Source: Mustelus asterias | Taxonomy: Eukaryota | Direction of reading: 5' to 3' | Assembly (NCBI RefSeq): GCF_964213995.1 | Contig: NW_027592097.1 | Coordinates: 1-63,506 of the forward strand | Length of the DNA stretch: 63,506 bases | Shown here: piece after piece, positions 13,873-25,800 of the stretch | Layout: each line of letters opens with the position of its first letter | Numbering within the stretch: position 1 is the stretch's first letter | Translations under genes and position numbers: made by a program | Notes under the pieces: model-generated | Seen by the model: the letters and a program-made list of their open reading frames with translations, nothing else | What the model was told of the DNA's origin: nothing | Database searches by the model: none

Positions 13873-16800
13873 ACATCCAATTTTAATGATTATCTTCTAT
13901 GTGAGATGGCACACTTTTTAATGCTACACAATGGGCACTCAATAGAATGGGAGTAATAATAATATCCACCATTTTTTGACCACTTTTTAACAATTATATG
14001 GAAACATTTAAAAGATTTAATTAGAAGGGAATACTTCTTTTTATATAGCACCTTTCACAAGCTCAGGGTATCTCAGAGCACTTTACGATTCAATATTTTG
14101 AAGTGTAGGTACCATTGTAATGTCGTAAATAGGGCAACTGGTTTAAAGTTAATTTATTAGTGTCACAAGTAGGCTGACATTAACACTGCAATGAAGTTAC
14201 CATGAAAATCCCCTAGTCGCCACACTCTGACACCTGTTTGGGTAGGACTGAGAGAGAAATTAGCATGGCCAATGCACCTAACCAGCACATCTTTCAGACT
14301 GTGGGAGGAAACCGGAACATCCGGAGGAAACCCACGCAGGCACAGGGAGAACGTGCAGATTCCGCACAGACAGTGACCCAAGCCAGGGATTGAACCTGGG
14401 TCCCTGGCGCTGTGAGGCAGCAGTGCTACCCACTGAGCCACCGCGCCGCTCAAAGATTGCCAATGCAATTACAAATTCTTCCACTTCTCCACTCTATCTA
14501 AGTGTGAAACAACAACTTACCTTTTACGTGATGTGATCACTGCTCCAGCCACAAACATGAATAATTGCAGAAAATCAAGTGGGAAACTTATTCCATAGAT
14601 TTATCCTCTGGGAAAAGAAAAACTGCCTAAAATCTAACCTGGCCTTACCCTTGGCACCTGGTTGTGCCCAATCTTTAAAGTAATCTATCAAATAATCTGA
14701 AAAAAATCTTTGTTTCCTTTTTCCCTAAATGCTTTGATGGGTTCCTTTACATACTAGGCACTATTGCAGGTACTATTTCTGTATAGTGTACAAATTGCTG
14801 TTGTGTTTATGGCATTGTGTTTGTCTGGATGGTGTTAAAGCATCATTGAACCATGTCACATTTTCACTGGTTCATTTTGAACCAATCATTACATCCAGAA
14901 CACCAGACTGAAGAATAGCACCAGTAAACTACATGCCATTTCAATTGTATCTGGCTTGGCTAAGGACTGTGCCAAAAGATCTGTAGAGAAGTTGCCTCAA
15001 TTCTAAGTTTCTATTTTGTCCTTCCTTCGTGAGTTGGTAAACTTTAAAAGATATCTTTTCTGCAGCCAGAACTCCTCTCTCGAAACAGGTTCAAGGTAAG
15101 ATTGTTTGCCTTCAGTTGTGTTGGGATGTTCCTCGTAATAAAATTGATTGTAACACAACATTGAAAAATGAAATAAATTTGTGTCCAATTAAAGTGGGTA
15201 TTAAGTCAACAAAAATTCCTGATTTGTTGGGCTCATTCACCATCTGCTTTGTTTTAAGACTGGACAACGTTATTCATTTAATACCTGATTTATAGATATC
15301 CTAATAGAGTTTATGGGGCCAATGGGATCACTAAGCCATGGGCCGGATTTTACCGCCCCGACCGCCATGGGAATCGGAGCGGGTGAGGGGCAGACCACAG
15401 AAAGGTCTGTTGACCTCAGGCAGGATTTTATGGTTTTGGGACGCGTGAGGTCGTAAAATCCTGCCCATGAATCCCAACTTGATCACAGTCATGGAGGAAA
15501 TCTCTGAGATTTATGTGGATTTGATTTACACAGGCGTTGAAACTGCCTGTGATGCTTCCATTTTGTTTTGCTGTAATTTTTTTTTTAAGTTCGAAAGCTA
15601 AATTTCGATTAAGCTTCAGCTTTCTGGGATGCTTCTTAACTTAGACTGACTCCACTTCCAGTGCGGCAGTCCCTCGTCAGCAGTCCTTGGTGACCCTTGG
15701 TGTCCAGGATTCTGCTGAATCAACCTATAGGGACAATGAGTCTCAATGCAGGAAGTTGGAGCAGATCTGGGGCAGTGGGTGGAGGGAAATTTGGGCCGTT
15801 GGGTCTTTGGATGATTCTAGCTACAGCCTCACTTCTTTGATCAGGGTTTGGAATGGGGAAATAGTGTTGCATGTTCAGTTAGTTCATGAAGGATTGGATT
15901 TTCAGTGTTGAGAACGAGTCTCTCTGGTCACAACTTGTCCTGTTAGGTAAGCTAAAATAATAGGATAGTAGAAAAAGAATATCTTCCCAACTTCTCTTAG
16001 ACGTGCTATTAATTATTAGCTCCACCAGCCTCACCCTGGCATTATTTGGCCCGGGAGCGACGTGGCAAGGGAGCATTTTTCTATTTTGCTTTACTGCGTA
16101 TGCGCAATTGAAGGCTTCGATCGGAGCTGCAGGGTTTCGGGCGCGATAAGCTCCGCCCACAGGCTTCTGCAGTGCGATTCAGAATCGCTACTATTTTTTC
16201 AGGCAGGGTGCGAATGGGGGTGCCGGAGAACGGGTCTAAAAGTCGGATCTGAAACACCCAGTTGCAAGTCTGCCCAGCACTTAGAATTAAAATGGTAAAA
16301 TAGGGCCCTGGGTGTCAATTTAACATGGCCAATCCACCTAACCCTCACATCTTTGGAGTGTGGGAAGAAACCGCAGCACCCGGAGGAAACCCACGCAGAC
16401 ACGGGAGAATGTGCAAACTCCACATAGACAGTGACCCGAGGCAGGAGTTGAACCCGGCTCCCTGGCGCTGTGAGGCAACAGTGCTAACCACTGTGCCACC
16501 GTGAAGCCCTCCTTGAGGAAGGAATTTGAATTTTGATTTGAGATCGAAAGGTGCCTGATGGGGAAAGGTTTGTTGTTGGCTTTGCAAAGCTCCTGGATGA
16601 ATGGAGCCAATATGAAAATTGAATGGCGCACAACCCGAAAGAAGCTGGTGAGACTCACAAAGAAATGGGTCTGTGATGCTGTGAGTGCCATAAAGATTTC
16701 ACTTGCTCTATTCAGAAGCACCATTACCAGTCAATAAAGTCCACTTCACGGTGACACAGTCGTTAGCACTGCTGCCTCACAGCACCAGGGACCCAGGTTC

Positions 16801-17253
16801 GATTCCTGGATTGGGTCACTGTCTGTGTGGAATTTGTACATTCTCCCCGTGTCTGCATGGGTTTCCTCCGGGTGCTCCCATAGTCTGAAAGATGTGCTGG
16901 TTAGGTGCATCAGCCATGCTAAATTCTCCTCAGTGTACCCAAACAGGTGCCAAAGTGTGGCGACTAGGGGATTTTCACAGTAACTTCATTGCAGTGTTAA
17001 TGTAAGCATACTTGTGACACTAATAAAATAATCTTTAAACTTCTCCATCCTGCCATGAAGCATCCAAATGAAATTACATTAGTCTTTCTTTGACTCTATT
17101 AGTTTTCAACCACTTTAACAGAACTAATCCTTTTGTTCACCTGGGTACAAGTAAAAATGTATCGCATAAAGGCAAAATATTGCGGATGCTGGAATCTGAA
17201 ACAAAAAACAGAAAATGCGGGAAAAACTCAGCAGATCTGACAGTATTTGTGCT

Positions 17254-17476
17254 AGCCATGATGTGGAGTTGCCGATGTTGGACTTGGTTGGACACAGTCA
17301 GAAGTCTCACAACACCAGGTTTAAGTCCAACAGGTTTATTTGGAATCACTAGCTTTCAGAGCGCTGGCTGCTCCTTCATCAGTGAATCCATTCACCTGAT
17401 GAAGGAGCAGTGCTCCAAAAGCTCGTGATTCCAAATAAACCTGTTGGACTTTAATTTGGTGTTGTGAGACTTCTTA
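17254..17476. mobile_element. Palindromic Penelope-like family 1 insertion nested in a family 2 palindrome
   Basis: Inverted arms; TSD cagtat(t/c)tgtgct at 17241-17253 and 17477-17489. Confidence 0.75.
17346..17428. ncRNA. Pair of hammerhead motifs (minus-strand core intact; plus-strand copy has GAAA changed to AAAA)
   Basis: Minus: CTGATGA AGGAGC...GCTCT GAAA GCTA GTGA. Plus: TCAC CTGATGA AGGAGCAGTGCTCC AAAA GCTC GTGA. Confidence 0.55.
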
Positions 17477-17851
17477 CAGTATCTGTGCTGTCAGATGCTG
17501 TCAGACCTGCTGAGTTTTTCCAGCATTTTCTGTAAAAACTTCTCATGTTAGTGGACTCTATATTTTGTATTTTTTTTAAGTTACTCTCATTTATTTTCAT
17601 ACCAGGGTCACACAAAGAGCCAAAGGTGCAAGGAGTAGCATCAACATAATCTAATTCTAAAGTAATCCCCTTTTCATTTTCCATTTAGCCGCTGACAATC
17701 CGGGTTTCCTTTTTTGTTGGTTGCCTAGTTTTCTGCCTAATTTATGATAACCATTTAACTCCATCATTTACCATCGGCTTGGCTGAGATCATCATTTAAC
17801 CAGTTTCATTCTCATTTGCTTTGAATTAATCCTGCCTGAGTATAAGCGATT

Positions 17852-18160
17852 GGGGGCGGCACGGTGGCACAGTGGTTAGCACTGCCGCCTCACAGCGCCA
17901 GGGACCTGGGTTCGATTCCTGGCCTCGAGTCACTGTCTGTGTGGAGTTTGCACGTTCTCCCCGTGTCTGTGGGGGTTTCCTCCCCCAGTCCAAAGAGATG
18001 TGGGTTAGGTTGATTGGCCATGCTAAATTGACCCTAGTGTCAGGGTGATTAGCAAGGTAAATGTGTGGGGTTACAGGAATAGGGATCTGGGTGGGATTGT
18101 GGTCGGTGCAGACTCGATAGGCCGAATGGCCTCCTCCTGCACTGTAGGGATCCTATGGTT
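17852..18160 (+). mobile_element. HE1/V-SINE-type tRNA SINE with CR1-like tail (representative full copy)
   Basis: A box tggcacagtgg, B box ggttcgattcc, central ctgtgtggagtttgca...ttcctccc, and a tail shared with CR1. Other copies: 247-468(-), 2868-3163(+), 4364-4680(-), 16285-16505(-), 23045-23475(-), 27058-27380(-), 33750-34078(-), 36978-37268(-), 44889-45192(-), 45609-45910(+), 57020-57342(+), 58610-58855(+). Confidence 0.88.
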
Positions 18161-19532
18161 TATATTAGACTTGATCTTTGATTCTCAGAGATCAGGGATA
18201 GACTTGTTCCTATATGTTTATAATAGGAACTGCAATAAGAGCAGTAAAGAAGTTACAATACAAAAGGTATACTTTCAAAATGGTGACTAAGATGTTGATT
18301 CTACAACCTGACTAACATCAAAAGCGAGATGTTGAGACTCGGATTCCCTTGTTTTCATTTGAGCAACCTTAGTTCCAATCCAAAAAAATGATCCAATAAC
18401 CTAAGCTTTAGACATTTCTTATGTCCATTGGCCGGGATTCTCGGGACTCGCATGCCCAACGACCGCTGCCAGCGAGAATGGGGAATCTGGCACTCAGCCA
18501 AAACTCCATTCACTGCAGCAGGACTGGAGAATCCCAGCTGCAGGCGAGGTCAGAGAATTCCGGCCATTTTAAAGGTATCCATGTTCCTAAATTCCTTTTG
18601 TCCCCCAACAGGCTTCTCATCAATATACTTGGTCCAGTTTCTCATCCTTGATAACACACACAAAGTGCTGACCTCTGATCCTCCATAATACATAATATAA
18701 ACATACAATAACAAAAATGAGAAGGTGCCTCCTGGCTTGGGATGCTCAAAAGTTTTAAGTTTGTTTATCAGTGTCACAAGTCAGCTTACATTAACCCTGC
18801 CACAAAGTTACTGTGAAAATCCTCTAGTCGCCACACTTCAGCGCCTGTTCGGGTGCACTGAGGGAGAATTTAGCATGGCCAACGCACCTAACCACAACGT
18901 CTTTCAGACTGTGGGAGGAAACCAGAGCACCCGGAGGAAATCCACGCAGACACGGGGGGAGAACATGCAGACTCCACACAGACAGTGACCCAAGCCAGGA
19001 ATCGAACCCAGGTCCCTGGCGCTGAGAGGCAGCAGTGCTAACCACCGTGCTGCCCCGGACAGGAGACAGAACTGACTCAACAAGTTTTCAATCTTTAGCT
19101 AGCTGATGGTTAATGGTGCAATATTCATATCGAAAGGCTTATTGTAAAATGATAGCCTTATTTTACAATGAATGCCCGCAACGGTGCTTTTCTTCCACTG
19201 ACTTAGCCTTTGTTTGTCACTCGGGAGTGAAGATTCTTTGCATTCCGCTCCAAGAATTCGGAAGGTCAATATCCTGTGGGTTGGTTCTGGCAGGACAACA
19301 GCAGAAAGATTTTTATAACTACATTGCAGCTCCAAGCCACTGAAGTCTGAGAAATACACAATAAACAACATTTTGTGAATGAGAACACAACAGGCGTGCT
19401 TAAAAGAAGATGCAACATCAGATCTGAGAGAAGGGGAAGTGTGGAGTGAGAAAGAATAGCATTAGTTACTTCAGTGGCAGAGCTAGATCAGGAAAGCGAA
19501 ATCAAGCATTGCAGCAGGGATAAGTTGGTTGA

Positions 19533-20165
19533 TTGAATTTGGAGTACTACGTACAATTCCGGTCGCATTCCAAGCCAAGAGGCACCTATTTATTCTTGTT
19601 ATTTTATGTTTATAGTATGAATTTGGAGTACTGCGAACAATTCTGGTCACTTGCTATAGGAAGGATGTTATTAAACTGGAAAGGGTGCAAAAAAAGATTT
19701 ACAAGGATGTTACCAGGACCGGAAGGCTTGAATTATAAGGAGAGGCTGGATAGGCTGGGACTTTTTTCCCTGGAGCATAGAAGGCTGAGGGGTGACCTTA
19801 TAGAGGTCTATAAAATCATGAGGGGCATCAATAAGGTGAATAGCCATGGTCTTTTCCCCAGGGTAGGGGAGTCCAAAACTAGAGGGCATTGGCTTAAGGT
19901 GAGAGGGGAAAGGTGTAAAAGGGACCTGAGGGGCAAGTTTTTCACACAGAGGGTAGTGCGAATATGGAATGAGCTGCTAGAGGAGGTGGTAGAGGCAGGT
20001 ACAATTACACCATTTAAAAGACATTTGGACAGGTACATGGATGGGAAACGTTTAGAGGGATATGGCCCAAACACAGGCAAATGGGGATAGTTCAGTTTAG
20101 GAAACCTGGTCGGCATGGACTAGTTGGGCTGAAGGGCCTGTTTCCATGCTGTATTTCTCTATGAC
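19533..20165 (+). mobile_element. CR1 LINE 3' fragment
   Basis: [22 protein letters not shown]...TRGH...FFTQRVVRIWNEL. Confidence 0.9.
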
Positions 20166-20659
20166 TCCATGTGGTAAATACTCTCAGCATCAAGCTACAT
20201 GCAAAGAATGCTCACGAATAATGACTGAGAAAGATGGATCTCATTCACAGTGAGATTTGTTGGATGGTATTCTACAAGAAGGCTGTGTGTGGAGACTGAT
20301 GCAGCATAGGAGTTAGAGCTGGAGGCTGCAAACTCATTAACGCACAAGTTCACGGTGGCTAAGTAAAGAGACGCCAATATTCAATGGAATGCTTACCATG
20401 AATAAAATCATTATGAGGAATGCCCGTCAGTTCTATTGATCAGGTGGATGGAGTTGGGCATCCTTTATGATCTTTGCACCATGGGTCAAATCTAGCACCA
20501 CGAGAACTACATGGAGCAACCACTTTCCAAACAGACCTGCTTCACTAAGTCTGAGCAGTGCTTTTGATGCCCCAGCCTTCTAGATTATGTTCTCGGGGAA
20601 CTGGTATCACCTGGTTTAGCATGGAAGCTATTTCCAGTTTGGTGAAAGTGAGACACACC

Positions 20660-21792
20660 AGCCAGGATTCTCCCAAAAAATTCTAAATGTTGAATTTGCA
20701 TACAAACTGGAGTAAATCACGCTGGTTTTTAACAGTGCGAGGTCAGAGAAGAATCTCCCACACTCTGTGCACTGCAGAGTGCGTCAGCGTGAATCATGCT
20801 GAAAATTAGAGGCGGGGCCTATTCCCACTGGAGAGGCTGGCAGCATAGCGCTGAGCGGGCCACTGCGCATACACCGATCTGTCTGCTCTGAGATCGGCAT
20901 CTGCATAATGGCTCCTGTCTGCCGGCCTTCCGATCGCTGGCCAGTTTGATCACTGGCCAGCCTCACGATCCCTGCAACACTGGCCCTCCGCACCCCCCCC
21001 AAGGCCTGATCACTGGCCCACTGAACATGCCCGAGCCAGCCCCAACCCCCCTCACTCCTGGCCCGCCCTGATCTCCAGCAGGCCCCTCCCACCCTCCTCC
21101 CCCCAATCCCCCTCACTGGCAGTCCCAACCCCCATTGCCCTCCACAGTACCGACAACACCCCCCCCCCGCAAACCTGACCCCCTCCCCCCAGCAGGCTGA
21201 CCCCCCTCACCCTCACCCCGATGGCGAGCCCCGATCGCTCCCTCCCTCCCCTCCCACCCCCACTGATCAACCCATCAGGCCCCGCCCCATCAGGCGCTTC
21301 CCGATGGTTGGTGGGTAGTGCAAAGTTGTCCCCTGGGCAGTGGCACTTTGCCGCTTGGGCAGTTCCAGGGGGCCCAGACTGGCACTGCCAAGGTGCCGAT
21401 ACCCATGGGGCACCATCCCCCTGCCGCCCTACTTCTAGGGGGTCCCACTGCCCTCCTTCACTCCAGCGGGGTTGGGCCGTCAGCTCCCCGAAGGTGGGCA
21501 GCTACTGTAGTTCCCGCTGGAGTGCAATACTCCTGGCGGGGGTGCGGAGAGAGACTTGTAGGCCCGTAGAATTCAGTCTCATGCCAGCTAATTACATTTA
21601 AAATATATTTAAATTACTGTGTGTGGGCATTCTGCAGCTCCGCACCTATTTCCGGCTCGGAGCTGATGGCGCCAGAAATCCAGCACTGGGAGACAATCTC
21701 GAGACCAGACACCCAGCGCGGATCCCGCAGATCAGACCTAAATTTCCCAGCTGCACTCAAACATTAGCGTAGCGGGATGGGAGAATCGCCCC
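20660..21792. mobile_element. GC-rich non-autonomous DNA transposon (about 1.1 kb)
   Basis: Ends ccaggattctccca...tgggagaatcgcccc; absent from the pre-insertion copy at 23069-23162. Confidence 0.65.
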
Positions 21793-22171
21793 CATCCTTT
21801 TCTGACTTGTAGGGTGGGGTTTTACAGCTTCGCTCGTCTGTCCTGAAACCGTAAAATCCCACCCAAGGTCAACATTGTCCACCCCTCACCCACTCCAATT
21901 CCTAAGGTGGGCAGGGCAGTAATATCGCAACCCCAGAAACTCTTTCGGTAATCCTAGCCTTCTGGCAATAGCAAATTGCATTTAACTACGGGCAAAATAC
22001 TGTGCAGCCAATGTCCTTCTCCCTCCATAGATGCTGTCAGACCTGCTGAGATTTTCCAGCATTTTCTGCTTTTGTACCAAATTGCACTAACCACTGGGCT
22101 AAGGCATTCTATTCTCTATCAAGATCAGAGGTGCATTCAGACTTAACTTGAACTTGAACCTATGGCTATGG

Positions 22172-22468
22172 GTGACATGGTGGCACAGTGGTTAGCACTG
22201 CTGCCTCACAGCGCCAGGGACCCGGTTCAATTCCCAGCTTGAGTCACTATCTGTGTGGAGTCTGCATGTTCTCCCTGTGGCTGCGTGGGTTTCCTCCGGG
22301 TGCCCTGGTTTCCTCCCACAGTCTAAAAGACGTGCTGGTTAGGTGCATTGGCCATGCTAAATTCTCCCTCAGTGTACCCGAAGAGGTGCCGGAGTGTGGC
22401 AACTAGGGGTTTTTCACAGTAACTTCATTGCAGTGTTAATATAAGCCTACTTGTGACACTAATAAATA
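22172..22468 (+). mobile_element. tRNA/V-SINE with an alternative 3' tail (representative copy)
   Basis: Same head and core, but the tail is ...cacagtaacttcattgcagtgttaat...cttgtgacactaataaa. Other copies: 12990-13250(-), 14146-14448(-), 16748-17035(+), 18755-19055(-), 25370-25660(-), 43552-43838(-), 46450-46750(-), 58886-59190(-), 61831-62085(+). Confidence 0.88.
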
Positions 22469-22651
22469 ACCAGTGGTCAGCTAACCGCAGGATCCTATCT
22501 GAATCCTACTGATCAATATGGTTAGTCTCTCACACAGTATATTAACACATTGAATTATCAGATGGCCTTACATTGCACGTATTCAAGATGGCTTGATCTC
22601 AATCTGATTAAGTTGCGAATTTAATTCACATTAATCACAATCTTTTTCAGA

Positions 22652-22851
22652 ATGCAGTACAAGACTTTCTGCCTGATCTTCATGTTAGCTGGATTGGAAG
22701 CATTTTTGATCAGTGTCATCATCAGCAGGGTCTTTATTGCATCGAGGAATTTACGCCCCATTAGGAAAATGAACAATCCTACTACTAATCTGCACTTAAA
22801 GCTCACGCCACTGGAGAAACTAACATTTCTGTCTCCATATGGAGGGAACTG
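22652..22851 (+). CDS. B4GALNT2: Copy B first coding exon (signal-anchor transmembrane segment)
   Basis: ttttcag|a[27 protein letters not shown]...; donor TG|gtaag. The acceptor 1 nt before the ATG implies an upstream exon. Confidence 0.75.
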
Positions 22852-25800
22852 GTAAGCTTTGTTAACTGTAATATTTATAGCTCCTTGTAATCCAGTTTTA
22901 GAATATTAAAATGATGGTCCTCATTTTCTTCATTGCACTGGGTGTAGGTGAGGATGGCAGATTTCCTTCGCTAAAGGACGGCAATTAAAGTGATGGTTTA
23001 TATGACAATTGACGATGGTATCATGGTCATCGTTAGACTTTTTCACAGATTCCCTACAGTGCAGAAGGGAATGCCTTAGCCCAGGCAAATGCAATTTGCT
23101 GTTGCCAGAAGGCTAGGATTATCAAAAGAGCATCTACATATCAGAAAAGGATGTGTCACACTGCCATTCGGCCCATTGAGACTGCACCGACTCTCCAACA
23201 GTGTGTCTTACCCAGACCCACCCCCCTCCTATCCCTGTAACCCCATGCACTTACCCCGCTAATCCCCCTAACCTACATATCTTGGGACACAAAGAGGCAA
23301 TTTAGCATGGCCAATGCACCTAACCAGCACATCTTTCAGACTGTGGGAGGAAACCAGAGCATCCAGAGGAAACCCAAACAGACACAGGGAGAATGTGCAA
23401 ACTCTACACAGACAGTGACCCAAAACAGAATTGAACCCGGGTCCCTGGCGCTGTGAGGCAGCAGTCACTGTGCCAAATTGTTGTTAGGTTGTATAGTCCA
23501 AGTGCGCTTGGTGCATTTAGGAAGGACATGAATGTTCTTCGCAGGGTCTGTTGAACCGGCTAATCTCAATTTTAAATGTTTCCGAGTTTTACAGGTCATA
23601 TGGTGATAATGAATGCAGCTGTAGAGCTTTGGAACCAGAAATGGTTTTGCATGATTTTGAAAAAGGTTTTATTCAGAAGGATATTTTGTCAGTCAAGAAA
23701 AGAAGAAAACTACAATACGAACAACACAAAAAAAGGTAATTTATAAATGACAACTCTTACTGCATTTACTCACCTTTCTCTGCTTTCTGCATCTCATTCC
23801 GGGAAAGAAGTTGACTTTTGGAGTGGAGGCAAAAAGATTTCCTACTACAGGATTAACAAACTTGGGTAATTGAGAAGGTCTATCGAGGAATCTGTAAAAG
23901 TCACTGCCCATTCAGTTCCTGCATACATTACATTTCAATAGGAATATCTGAACTTGAATATTAACTGGGGAAATGATCCAAGCTGTGTTGCTGTCTTAGT
24001 CATAGTCATAGAGGGTTACAGCATGGAAACAGGCGCTTCAGTGCAGGTTCAATGGGCTGAATGGCCTCATAGAATATGGATTCTATGGTTCTAGTACAAA
24101 TAAATATTCATACTCTTAAGATTCTGAGTTGTGTTAAGAAGAACTTACTTTTCTGAAATATAGGCTGAGAGCAGAGATGATTTTAAAAATTTTAAAAGAT
24201 GGAGGCATCACATAATATAGATTATTTTTTTCTCAGCTATACCACTTATAACCTCATCCCTCTCAGATTGTTATGAAAGGATCTTCTTCTTAGATGGTAA
24301 TCAACCACATTCCATTACACGTGACCACTGAAGCACCTCCCTGTATAATTGGTAAAGTAAGCTGTTCTACTCCAAAAAGGCAGAGGGTGAAGGATAGAAC
24401 TGGAGCCAATGTTGCATGCTTGTACTGCCTAACCCAAACACCCACAATTTTAGTCTGTGTCAGTGAATCCCCAGTTAATGCATACCATTTGGATACAATT
24501 AATGTACATTTAACATAAGCTGTTCGAAGAGTACGGCTGGAATTCTCCCACCTCGCCCACGACTGGGATTTTCCAGTCCCGCTGCAGTGAATGGAAATTT
24601 GGCTGTGCGCCAAATTCTCGCAGGCGGCGGGACATTGGAGAATTCCAGCCGATATTTCTGTTTTCTGCCCTGTTTGCTCTAGATTCTCCAGCGCTTTGGG
24701 AATTCAAGAGAAATTTTCTAGAGGTTTATTATTTCTCTCTGTGCTTTCTGACTTATGCTGGATTACATTTCTTTTATTCATTGATGGGACATGGGCATTA
24801 TTAGCTAACCAACATTTATTGCCCATCCCTAATTGCCCGAGGGCAGTTGAGAGTCAACCATATTGCTGTGGTTCTGGAGTCACATGTAGGTCAGAGCAGG
24901 TAAGGATGGCAGCTTTCCTTCCCTAAAGGACATTAGCGAGCCAAATGGGTTTTTCTGACAATGGTTTCATAGTCATCAGTAGATTATTAATTCCAGATAT
25001 TTTTTCATTGAATTCAAATTCCAACATCTGTCGTGGTGGGATTCGAACCCAGAACATTAGCTGAGTTTGTTGATTAATAGTCTAGTGATAGTACCACTAG
25101 GCCGTCGCCTCCCCTTGAATAATGAGGAGTTGGGTGCACAGTTGCAATATGTGCATTAGATGGGCTTGACAGGTGCTGTGTCTTTTCCCAGCCTTCTTTG
25201 CATATATTGTAACTTGTTTCAGTTGTGTAAAACAGTCATTTATTTGGGAATGTCTGTAAAGGATTCTTAGTTCTCACATTCCCCAAATCTATTGGCAATC
25301 TGATGTTTGCCCCTCCTGCACAATTGGCTTCCAAGGAACTGAGGACAACCTTGATCAATTTTAAAGTTTTTAAAGTGTATTTATTAGTGTCACAAGTAGG
25401 CCTACATTAACACTGCAATGAAGTTACTGTGGAAATCCCCTAGTCGCCACCTCCAGCACCTGTTCAGGTGCACCGAGGGAAAATTTAGCATGGCTAATGC
25501 ACCTAACCAGCACACCTTTCGGACTGTGGGAGGAAACTGGAGCACCCGATGGAAACCCACGCAGACATGGGGAGAATGTGCAGACTCCACACAGGCAGTG
25601 ACCCAAGTTGGGAATCAAACCCAGGTCCCTGGCACTGTGAGGCAGCAGTGTAAACCACTGGTCTTGGAAGCCATAGCACCATTTCTTTTATGAAGAGATT
25701 AGTGGGTGGAGTATCTCTCTGCAAATTAGAGTTATTTCTCATTCTTCACTGCATCTTTTCAGCTGCTGCAATTTTATTTATTGTGTCAGTGTGACTTCAA

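Noticed and set aside
16040-16290. CpG-rich patch with a GC box
   Set aside because: It ends in gtaaaatagggccc, resembling the MITE TIR family; probably a transposon fragment
17858-17925. tRNA-like A/B box sequences
   Set aside because: They are SINE heads that run on into SINE bodies; no full cloverleaf
20660-21792. GC/CpG-rich stretch as a CpG-island promoter for copy B
   Set aside because: It has TIR-like ends and is absent from the pre-insertion copy at 23069-23162, so it is a transposon; exaptation is not excluded but has no support
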